Origin: a bacterium
GTDB taxonomy: Bacteria > Electryoneota > Electryoneia > Electryoneales > Electryoneaceae
Direction: 5' to 3'
Assembly: GCA_963669175.1 (NCBI GenBank)
Contig: OY769902.1
Span: 704,001-768,000 of the forward strand
DNA: 64,000 bases
Shown here: piece by piece, positions 1-8,697 of the stretch
Numbering within the stretch: position 1 is the first letter of the stretch
How the letters are laid out: every line of letters starts with the position of its first letter
The notes under the pieces: generated by a model
What the model saw: the letters and a program-made list of their open reading frames with translations, nothing else
What the model was told of the DNA's origin: nothing
Database searches by the model: none
Made by a program: the position numbers and the translations under genes

Positions 1-131
1 GACAATAACAGGACGAGAGGTGGTTTCAGTATTATCGTGCATTCAGAAAAACATAGCGAAAGCCGAAAACGGAAAGTCGCGTCAAGACCTGCCACAACAT
101 TGCCCGAATGCACAAATTCTTGTGAGGAACC
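1..131. mobile_element. Right-hand part of a MITE, second copy of the 11263-11596 element, truncated by the window edge
   Basis: Nearly identical to about 11465-11595; ends in the same terminus TGCACAAATTCTTGTGAGGAACC. Confidence 0.75.
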
Positions 132-179
132 AAACTTTATAACTTTGTAACCTTCAAACTTTGCAACTTTCAAACTTTA
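132..179. repeat. Degenerate 8-9 bp periodic AACTTT tandem repeat
   Basis: aaactttat aactttgt aaccttca aactttgc aactttca aacttta; related tracts at about 5373, 20709 and 34124. Confidence 0.6.
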
Positions 180-193
180 AAAGGATCTATTTC

Positions 194-2833
194 GTGAAAT
201 ATAGATTTTTTACACTAGTTCTTATCTTCGTGATGACATCCTCAACATGGGGAGCGAAACCGGCCTATCAAAACCGGAATCTTCCTGTTGATCAGCGTGT
301 GGAAGATCTGCTTTCTCGAATGTCGCTAGACGAGAAAGTCACCCAGTTGGACATGGTCAGCGGACGTCCCCTCGCGAATGTTGATCATCTCGACCCCCAA
401 CTCGCCCTCACCCTGATCGGTGAACACGGTGTAGGCTCCATCCACGATTTTTACCCGGTTACACCGACTCTGGCCAACGAACTGCAAGCTTTTATCATCG
501 CGCATAATCGCCATGGTATTCCTGCGTTGTATATCGAGGAAACGCTGCATGGGTACAAACAGGGTGGCAGCACTGTTTTCCCTGTGCCACTGGCGTTAGC
601 CTCAACCTGGAATCCGGAACTGGTGGAAGAGGTCGGGCGCGCCATCGCTTCAGAAGCACGATCGCTAGGCGCTACGGTTGGCCTGAGCCCGGTGCTGGGC
701 ATCGCACGTGAACCCCGTTGGGGACGCGTTGAAGAAACCTTTGGCGAGGATACTTATCTCGTTTCCGTCATGGGCCGCGCTATGATCAAGGGGTTTCAGG
801 GCGATGACCTGAAACAACCGGACGCTATCGCAGCTACGGTCAAACATTTCGCCGTTCACAGTGTACCGGTGGCAGGTACCAATTCCTCTCCGGCCAGTGT
901 GGGCAAACGTGAAGCGCTGCAATTTTTCCTCGAGCCCTTCCGTGTGGCGATACAGGACGGTGGGGCTCGTGGGGTGATGACCGCTTATTCGGAATGGAAT
1001 GGTGTTCCCTGTACCGGGGATCGCTGGCTGTTGACCGACCTGCTACGTGATCAATGGGAATTTGACGGTTACACCATCGCCGATATGGGCGCGATCCGTA
1101 TGTTGTCCACCTGTCACTTTTCCACCGAATCGCCCTCCGCCTCGCTCCAGCGTGCCATTTCTGCCGGGGTGGATATGCAATTCTACGATTTTCCTTCTCA
1201 TGTTTTCCGTAGCGATACCAAAGAACTGGTCGAATCCGGCGAGCTGGACGAACCCGCGCTGGATCGTGCGGTTCGGGATATCCTGCGTCTGAAATTCGAA
1301 CTGGGCCTGTTTGATAATCCCTATGTAGATCCCACGCTGGCGGAGAAAACGATTCACAGCCCGGAACATCAGGAACTGGCGTTACAGGCGGCGCGTGAAG
1401 CTGTCATCCTGCTGAAGAATAAAGGTGTTCTACCATTGGGTGAGGATATCAAACGTATCGCCGTGGTCGGCCCGGCGGGGGAAAGCACGTATACCGGAGG
1501 CTATTCACCTTTAGGGGCGTCCGGTGTTACGCTGGTAGAAGGTCTGCGCCAGGTAGTCGGAGACGAGGCTGAAGTCAGGTATGCGCAGGGCGTGTCCTTC
1601 ATTGATGCAGGTGTGCCGGTGCCGGGTAATGTGCTTTGGACACTGGATCAGAGTCAGCATGGCCTGCACGTGTCCTATTATCCCACTTTTGACCTGTCCG
1701 GTGATCCTTTGGTGACCCAAATCGACCCCGATATCAATTTCAGTTGGGATACGCACTCCCCGGTGCATGGCCTGCCGCCGGACAGTTTTTCGGTGCGTTG
1801 GGAGGGCTGGTTGATCCCAACGGAAGACATTGAGGGTTGGATCGGGGTGAGTTCGGATGATGGCTCACGTTTGTGGCTGGACGACGAGCTGGTGATCGAT
1901 GCCTGGGCGACCGGAGTGACCATCCGTCATCACTATCTGTCCCTCGAAGCAGGACGGAAATACAAAATCAGGATGGACTATCACGAGGCCCAATGGGGCG
2001 CTTCGGCAGCGCTACGCTGGCGTACCGAACCGGAGGACATCGCTTCCGCTGTGGAACTGGCGGAATGGGCGGATGTGGTGATCGTGGTTGTTGGGGAAGA
2101 CGGCATGCTGGTTGGCGAAAACCGGGATCGTCTCGCGCTGGAACTGAGCGGCAACCTGTCAGACTTGCTGGCCCGGGTGGAGCAGGCCGGAACGCCGGTC
2201 GTATTGGTGGTGATCAGCGGACGTCCCCTTGCGCTGGGTGATGATGCCAAGCGTGCCGACGCCATCCTGTACACGTTCTTCGGTGGCGAGTATGGCGGTA
2301 CCGCGCTGGCGGAAGTGTTGACCGGAAATGCCAATCCCGGCGGGAAACTGCCCGTCAGCTTGCCCTTGAATTCCGGCCAGATTCCCTGCTATTACAACCA
2401 GAAACCCTCACGGATCATGCGTTACACCGATGGCAGCGCGTACTCCCAGTATCCCTTCGGGTACGGCTTATCTTTTACCGACTTCGACTACAGCGATCTT
2501 GAATTAGCGGCGGATGCGTGGGCAGTGGATGACACAGTACGCTTCACTGTTACTGTCACCAATACCGGGGACTGTTCCGGTTCAACTGTCATTCAAGCTT
2601 ACATCAACGACCTCTACAGCACCGTAACCACCCCCCTGAAGGAATTAAAGGTATTCCAGCGTGTAACACTGGAAGCGGGGGAAAGCCGGGTTGTACCTTT
2701 CGAAATCCCGGTGTCGCATCTGGCGCTGTTCAATGCCGACTGCGAACGTGTGGTCGAGCCGGGAGTGTTTGAGCTGATGATCGGAGAATCATCTGCTGAT
2801 ATCCGGTTGGAAGGAAAGTTTGAGGTTCGGTAG
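194..2833 (+). CDS. Secreted GH3 beta-glucosidase/xylosidase with PA14 insertion and C-terminal Fn3-like domain
   Basis: REPRWGRVEETFGED, KHF, nucleophile ADMG, PA14-like FSVRWEG/SDDGSRLW, YPFGYGLSF; signal peptide; GTG start chosen after AAGGA. Confidence 0.93.
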   Translation: MKYRFFTLVLIFVMTSSTWGAKPAYQNRNLPVDQRVEDLLSRMSLDEKVTQLDMVSGRPLANVDHLDPQLALTLIGEHGVGSIHDFYPVTPTLANELQAFIIAHNRHGIPALYIEETLHGYKQGGSTVFPVPLALASTWNPELVEEVGRAIASEARSLGATVGLSPVLGIAREPRWGRVEETFGEDTYLVSVMGRAMIKGFQGDDLKQPDAIAATVKHFAVHSVPVAGTNSSPASVGKREALQFFLEPFRVAIQDGGARGVMTAYSEWNGVPCTGDRWLLTDLLRDQWEFDGYTIADMGAIRMLSTCHFSTESPSASLQRAISAGVDMQFYDFPSHVFRSDTKELVESGELDEPALDRAVRDILRLKFELGLFDNPYVDPTLAEKTIHSPEHQELALQAAREAVILLKNKGVLPLGEDIKRIAVVGPAGESTYTGGYSPLGASGVTLVEGLRQVVGDEAEVRYAQGVSFIDAGVPVPGNVLWTLDQSQHGLHVSYYPTFDLSGDPLVTQIDPDINFSWDTHSPVHGLPPDSFSVRWEGWLIPTEDIEGWIGVSSDDGSRLWLDDELVIDAWATGVTIRHHYLSLEAGRKYKIRMDYHEAQWGASAALRWRTEPEDIASAVELAEWADVVIVVVGEDGMLVGENRDRLALELSGNLSDLLARVEQAGTPVVLVVISGRPLALGDDAKRADAILYTFFGGEYGGTALAEVLTGNANPGGKLPVSLPLNSGQIPCYYNQKPSRIMRYTDGSAYSQYPFGYGLSFTDFDYSDLELAADAWAVDDTVRFTVTVTNTGDCSGSTVIQAYINDLYSTVTTPLKELKVFQRVTLEAGESRVVPFEIPVSHLALFNADCERVVEPGVFELMIGESSADIRLEGKFEVR

Positions 2834-2908
2834 GGGGGGTACCCAAAAAACGGGACAGATCATTGCGGGTCAGTCCCTGTTTTTCTGCAAATGAATACTG
2901 ACCACACT

Positions 2909-3059
2909 CTCATTCCTGCGCAGGCAGGAATCCAGGCAGGTATCGACATTATTAAATGTATATTTTCTACACTGTTTTCAATGTGCCGCGTACTGCGACA
3001 ACATGTAACTCTTTGTAATATAGCAGCATGACTAGATCCCAGCCTGCACTGGGATGAAA
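2909..3059. repeat. Inverted pair of REP-like palindromes (REPIN-like)
   Basis: TCATTCCTGCGCAGGCAGGAATCCAG and CTAGATCCCAGCCTGCACTGGGATGA about 95 bp apart; a related single copy at about 4800. Confidence 0.55.
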
Positions 3060-3139
3060 GTATTGCGAGTTTTTTCTAACTTCGGCAACAACCGATTCAC
3101 AAAGCACGATACACCAAACAGCAGGCAGCGAGACCAACG

Positions 3140-4576
3140 ATGACCCGTTTTTTTTCAACGATCCGACTATTCATCCTCCTGGCGGTCAGCATGTGCATGG
3201 CAACACCTCTTTTCGCCGACGATAACGGCAGCGATCCCGCGAACGATAAAGAGACTGATCCGAAAGTGCTGGAGAAACTGGAACAGTGGCAGGACGCTCG
3301 TTTCGGCCTGTTAATGCACTGGGGCACGTATAGCGTGAAAGGCTGGTGCGAATCCTGGCCGATCTGTTCCGAGGACTGGGTCACTCGTGGCATGGACAAC
3401 TACGAAGACTTCAAGAAGTACTATGAAAGCCTGAAGACCGAGTTCAACCCGGTGGATTTTAACCCGGACAAATGGGCCGAACTGGCGCAAGCGGCGGGCA
3501 TGCGGTATGTGGTGTTCACGACAAAACACCATGACGGTTTCTGCATGTTCGACACCAAAACCACGGACTACAAGATCACCGACCCGGGCTGCCCCTTTTC
3601 CACCAACAAACGCGCCAACATCACCGAGGAGATTTTCAACGCCTTCCGTAAACGCGACTTCATGATTGGCGCCTACTTCTCCAAGCCGGACTGGCATTGC
3701 GATTCCTATTGGTCCCCGTACTGGGCCACACCGAACCGTCACTGCAACTACAACCCGGGGAAATACCCGGAACTGTGGCAGAAGTTCAAAGACTTCACCT
3801 ACACCCAGATTGAAGAATTGATGCGTGATTACGGGCGTGTGGATATCCTCTGGCTGGACGGTTCCTGGGTCGGGCCGGTAACCCCGTTAGAGAACGCCGA
3901 GCACGGCGGTCGTCTGAAGAACCAGGATCTGGACATGGATTCGCTGGCCGCATTGGCGCGTTCGTACCAGGAAGGGTTAATCGTTGTGGATCGTTGGGTT
4001 ACCGGGCGTCATGAAAACTACCAGACCCCGGAACAGAAGATCCCCGACGAGCCGCTTGACGGACCCTGGGAAACCTGTATGCCCATGGCGGGAGCGTGGT
4101 CCTATTACCCGGACGACAACTACAAGTCCACCCGTGAAATCCTGCGTCAACTGACGGATATCATTTCTCGTGGCGGCAATTACCTGCTGAATATCGGCGT
4201 GGACAGCAAGGGCAACCTGCCTGATGACGCTGTGAACCGTCTCGAAGAACTGGCCGACTGGATGGAAGTCAACAGCCCCGCGATCCATAACACTCGTGCG
4301 GTTGCGCCCTATCAAGACGGCAAATGTCGCCTGACCCAGGGGAAGGACGGCGCCCTCTACGCGATCTATGTCTCCGATGACGGTGAAGACTATCCACCAA
4401 CCCATATCCTGCTGACAACGCAGAATCCACCTGAAGGCAGCACGGTTACCATGCTGGGTGTGAAAGAGCCGCTGCACTGGACGAGCGTCGGAAACGGTAT
4501 CCTGATCGATATCCCGGACAAGGTGGTGAGCCATCCTCCGACGAAGTATGCGTGGGTGGTGAAGGTGGCGGAATAA
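3140..4576 (+). CDS. Secreted GH29 alpha-L-fucosidase
   Basis: RFGLLMHWG, TTKHHDGF, DILWLDG, PWETC, GGNYLLNIG motifs; signal peptide. Confidence 0.93.
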   Translation: MTRFFSTIRLFILLAVSMCMATPLFADDNGSDPANDKETDPKVLEKLEQWQDARFGLLMHWGTYSVKGWCESWPICSEDWVTRGMDNYEDFKKYYESLKTEFNPVDFNPDKWAELAQAAGMRYVVFTTKHHDGFCMFDTKTTDYKITDPGCPFSTNKRANITEEIFNAFRKRDFMIGAYFSKPDWHCDSYWSPYWATPNRHCNYNPGKYPELWQKFKDFTYTQIEELMRDYGRVDILWLDGSWVGPVTPLENAEHGGRLKNQDLDMDSLAALARSYQEGLIVVDRWVTGRHENYQTPEQKIPDEPLDGPWETCMPMAGAWSYYPDDNYKSTREILRQLTDIISRGGNYLLNIGVDSKGNLPDDAVNRLEELADWMEVNSPAIHNTRAVAPYQDGKCRLTQGKDGALYAIYVSDDGEDYPPTHILLTTQNPPEGSTVTMLGVKEPLHWTSVGNGILIDIPDKVVSHPPTKYAWVVKVAE

Positions 4577-4888
4577 CTCACCCGCATACGTAAGCGGTGT
4601 GTATTTGCTTGTTTTCTTATCTTTACTCTTAGCCTGCTTCAGCAGGCTCTTTTTAGCACCCGGCTTCAGCCGGGGTGTCAACGATGCACGATAATTGGGT
4701 AAGCGCGCTTCAGCGTGCTTTCCAGTGATGCTGCCTGTTTCACAACCACACCGCACGCGATTGTGTCAGATGCCAGCCTCATTACACTGTCCGGCTTGCC
4801 TGGATCCCAGCCTTCGCTGGGATGAGAGTGGTGAATATTCTGATAACAATCTGCTATTTGAAGATAAGAAAACTGAAGGACTATCTTC

Positions 4889-4967
4889 TTTATTTTATTT
4901 AAAATAGACCACCGCCGGGCAGCCACCTTCGCTTCGCTACGGTTTGCTTCAAGCCGGCGGGGCCAAA
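4889..4967. repeat. About 80 bp hairpin repeat, copy 1 (copy 2 at 5489-5568), flanking tRNA-Gln
   Basis: AAATAGACC-CCGCCGGGCA...TTCAAGCCGGCGGGGCCAAA occurs twice in direct orientation. Confidence 0.65.
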
Positions 4968-5144
4968 CAGATTGAAGCCTGACACTTCAAATCTCGAGAT
5001 CCCCGGTCGGTGCCGGGGATGACAGGGTATTCGGTTTGATACCCGCCTGGTGAACAGCAGCGCCCTTTGCCTGTCACGCTGGATGGCACATAATTGGCAA
5101 ACGCAGAAAACCCGCAGGCCTCTTTCGAAGACTACGGGTTCAAG

Positions 5145-5218
5145 TGGCTGGGGAACAGGGATTCGAACCCCGATTCTACGGTCCAGAGCCGCATGTCCTG
5201 CCGTTGGACGATTCCCCA
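5145..5218 (-). tRNA. tRNA-Gln (CTG)
   Basis: Reverse complement TGGGGAATCGTCCAACGGCAGGACATGCGGCTCTGGACCGTAGAATCGGGGTTCGAATCCCTGTTCCCCAGCCA: cloverleaf, GTTCGAA T-loop, CTG anticodon, encoded CCA. Confidence 0.96.
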
Positions 5219-5488
5219 ATCGGACTGGAAAGCTAATAAACCACTCATCGTGAGTCAACCCATTGGCTCGGGGGTCAGAGGCTCATTGAACCTGTTGAGA
5301 TTTATCTTGTTGAACCGAATACCAGAGGGATTTTTTCTCCGAATAATTGCGCTAACACGGGATGTGTACAGGAAGTTTGAAAGTTGACAAGTTGGAAAGT
5401 TCTAAAGTTATCCCTATCCTTGTCATCCTTCTTCCGTTCATCCAGGAGTCAGGCGACACCCGACAGCAAGCAGTCGGGCCACACGGCC

Positions 5489-5568
5489 TTTAATTTCATT
5501 TAGAAATAGACCGCCGCCGGGCAACAGCCTTCGCAAGCTACGGCATGTTTCAAGCCGGCGGGGCCAAA
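5489..5568. repeat. About 80 bp hairpin repeat, copy 2
   Basis: Direct, imperfect repeat of 4889-4967. Confidence 0.65.
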
Positions 5569-5975
5569 TGCGCATCCACTTTACTCTTGTCGTTCGGTCT
5601 ATCCCGTAAACACTACCACACCACACTCAACAAAACAAATCCTTCGCATCTTTTTCATCCTGTCTATCCTGTACATTCTGCCACCATACATACAATAGAA
5701 AACATCCTTCTATCCTATCATCCTGTGAGTCAATTCTGTAAGTACAGCGCAGTCCCGACTTGCTATCACGTCCAGCTTTAGGTCAATCCCTCATTCATCG
5801 CAAACCATTATTATGTATTGCATCGCATCAAGGGCAAATCGGGCCAAGCCTCTTGAAGCTTGCAAGCTCCAAAGTTTGTTTTTATCCTTGGCATCCTTCT
5901 ATCCTATCATCCTGTGAGTCAGACGACACCCGACAGCAAGCAGTCGGGCCACGCATCCCGCCACTGACTCAGCAT

Positions 5976-7670
5976 CTATTCCTTGTGCGAGGAGACATAC
6001 ACCTGTTTCCCGTTGACGATTGTATACAGCACACCGGTTTCCAGCATTTCCCGTGGGGGAGCTTTGGTGATATCACGGTCCAGGATGGTCAGGTCAGCCA
6101 GGTTACCTACCGAGATCGTGCCCAGGTCATGTTCCGCGAAGGTAGCATAGGCTGCTTCGCGAGTGTAGCCGTCCAGCGCTTCGGTTACTGTCATCTTGTG
6201 TTCCGGGTACCAGCCGCTTTTCGGGTTGCCGTCATGATCCTGACGTGTGACCGCCGCATAAATCCCCCACAAAGGGCTCGGGCTTTCCACCGGTGATTCG
6301 GAGCCCAACGCAAGATGAGCTGTGTTATCCAGCAGGGTACGCCAGGCATAGGCGTATTTGATCCGTTCCGGGCCGATACGTTTTTCCGCCCAAGGCATGT
6401 CGCTGGTGGCGTGGGTAGGCATGACAATCGGGATCACATCCAGGTCGGTCAGACGTGCGAAATCACCGGGCGCCAGCAATTGAGCGTGTTCCAAACGGAA
6501 ACGTGGCGCTTCCTGACCCGACGCATGACGTGCCTGATCAAACGCATTCAGGGCGATATAATTACCACGGTCGCCCACCGCATAGGCCGAAACCTGGAAT
6601 CCGGCTTTCAGGGCGTCCGTAGCGAACTTCTTCAGGTTCTCTTCGGGGGTGGCGAGAAGGCCACGGTTGCCCGGATCATCGGCATAGGGTTCGATCAGCG
6701 CCGCAGAACGAGCGCCCATACCACCATCAACAAACATCATCATCGAACGTACCTGCAGCATGTCGCCTGTCTCACCACGAGGTCCGTCCTGGAGCTGGTT
6801 TTTAATCCACCCGCGATCCTTGCTCTGCAACACCGCCCACGTCCGCAGGGTCAGCTTGTCTTCCTTGTTCAATTCTTCCAGTAAAGCCAGTTCCAGTGAA
6901 TCCACCGCAAACGCGCCAACACCGGTCAACCCGACACGGTTGCAGGCACGAATTCCCAATTCCAGCCAGTGTTTGTATTCGTCGCGTGTCGGCTGGGGAA
7001 TATGTCCCGTTACCAGGCAGGCCGCTTCGTTCAACAGGACACCGGTAGGATTGCCCATGCCATCACGCAGGATACGCCCCCCCTCCGGGTCCGGTGTATT
7101 CTTATCGATACCGCATTCACGTAGCGCCAATTCATTGACCCAGACTGTCTGGCCGTCAATACGCCACAGGCAGACCGGGTTGGGCCCGGGCGGAAGGTCG
7201 GCGATGGTGGGGAATTGTGTGCTTTCCCAGTCGTTCTGATCCCAGCCGTTGCCCACGACCCACGCATCTTTGCCCTCCTCATTCTGACGAAGCTCCATGA
7301 TACGTTCCATGATCTGCGTATAAATCTGGTCAATGGATGCAGTGCCAACGAGGTCCAGCTCGGTCTGGGCGCGTCCAAGGTCCATCAGGCGAATGTGAGC
7401 ATCCACCAGCCCAGGCAAGACAATTCCACCTTTGATGTCGATTTCACCGGTACGTTCATTCCGCATGGGTGCCGCATCCTTGAGATCTCCGGCAAAGACA
7501 ATACGACCATCACGCACCAGGATCGCTTCAACCGTGGGTTGATCAGGATTCATGGTGTAAATCGTGCCGCCATGAATCAGCAAGTCACCCTGTTTGTCGG
7601 CGCTGCACGAGATAAAAACCAGGGAAAGTAGCAGGACAACCAGCATTGCGGGGTGTGGGGTACGTGGCAT
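5976..7670 (-). CDS. YtcJ-like amidohydrolase family 3 lipoprotein, probably catalytically inactive
   Basis: PGLVDAH, DPEGG-ILRD..GNPTGVL, RFRLEHAQ, GTISVGNLADL; lipobox FISC; AGGAGG RBS; most metal ligands substituted. Confidence 0.88.
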   Translation of the reverse strand: MPRTPHPAMLVVLLLSLVFISCSADKQGDLLIHGGTIYTMNPDQPTVEAILVRDGRIVFAGDLKDAAPMRNERTGEIDIKGGIVLPGLVDAHIRLMDLGRAQTELDLVGTASIDQIYTQIMERIMELRQNEEGKDAWVVGNGWDQNDWESTQFPTIADLPPGPNPVCLWRIDGQTVWVNELALRECGIDKNTPDPEGGRILRDGMGNPTGVLLNEAACLVTGHIPQPTRDEYKHWLELGIRACNRVGLTGVGAFAVDSLELALLEELNKEDKLTLRTWAVLQSKDRGWIKNQLQDGPRGETGDMLQVRSMMMFVDGGMGARSAALIEPYADDPGNRGLLATPEENLKKFATDALKAGFQVSAYAVGDRGNYIALNAFDQARHASGQEAPRFRLEHAQLLAPGDFARLTDLDVIPIVMPTHATSDMPWAEKRIGPERIKYAYAWRTLLDNTAHLALGSESPVESPSPLWGIYAAVTRQDHDGNPKSGWYPEHKMTVTEALDGYTREAAYATFAEHDLGTISVGNLADLTILDRDITKAPPREMLETGVLYTIVNGKQVYVSSHKE

Positions 7671-8073
7671 GGCTCCTCCTTCCGAAGGTGACGAGGCAGC
7701 AGGGAAGCAGATCCCGGGAATGTCACGTTCTGCGCTCAGGATACAATGGGGTCCGTAATCGGACAAATACTGGATATACTAGTATACTTTAGATACATCA
7801 GCCCGGACAAGGTTGTTCCTAAAACACTATGTGCTCCCGGTTTTCGGGAGCACATGGCGAGCTATATTCAAGTACATCTTTGGATTAGAGGAAGGCGGAT
7901 CTTTCTCCATAATCCTTAAACAGGAAGATGTATAAAGGCACTAAAATTTTACTGGTGGACCAAATCACATAAATCGATGGATATTGAGCGCTTCATCATC
8001 GTTCAGGACAAGATGTATTCCTGAAGATATATAACTGTTCTCGATTTTATTCCGTCATAATGGAGATTGCCGG

Positions 8074-8265
8074 GAAAAGGGGACGGGATCCTTTTCCTCG
8101 CGCTTATGCAGAATATTTCTGAGGTATTCCTGAAAAAGGAAACTGTCCCCTTTTCCGTGTAATTCCTGCCTGCTCTCAAGAAAAAGGGTACAGCCACCTT
8201 TCCCGGTCCATGCTCACAGCGTGAAGGCTTTTGCCGCAGGGAAAGGAAACTGCCCCCTTTTTCCA
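8074..8265. repeat. Four degenerate palindromic units of the form AAAGG(G/A)...CC(C)TTT(T)CC
   Basis: Units start at about 8075, 8132, 8180 and 8241; related GGGACAG..GTCCC hairpins at about 2847 and 22371. Confidence 0.5.
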
Positions 8266-8697
8266 TCTCCTTTGTTCCAACCAAATAAAGGATCTTTCAC
8301 TGATATAGCACATGACCCCATGACGGACTAATAATGGGAATCGCTATAGCGTGTTATTTCGAAGACATGAAACGCTGTTGAACGATAAAGCGTTTTCCCT
8401 TCAAGCTTGTATTAGGCGGGCTGTCTGCTGTGTTGATTTCATTTACAGTAATTCACTACACATGCGTAAAATCGCACTGCCGCAAGTTCTCCTTTGAAAA
8501 ACAGAATCACTCACATTGTGTAAAACGGTTCATTCGTGGAGTCTCTGCATCACTATCCCTGCGAAACACATCCAACACACAACAGGCTTGTGCCTGTATT
8601 CTCAAAGTCTATCACAATTTACGCTGAACCTATTGATCCATCTGGACTTCTGCATCATCTTGTTATATGAAGTATTTCACAAACGGGGTGGCATGCC

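Noticed and set aside
5145-5218. tRNA-Sec (selC), given the nearby selA
   Set aside because: Anticodon is CTG, length is 74 nt, and there is no long variable arm.
8074-8265. CRISPR array
   Set aside because: Units are too divergent, spacing is irregular, and no cas genes are present.
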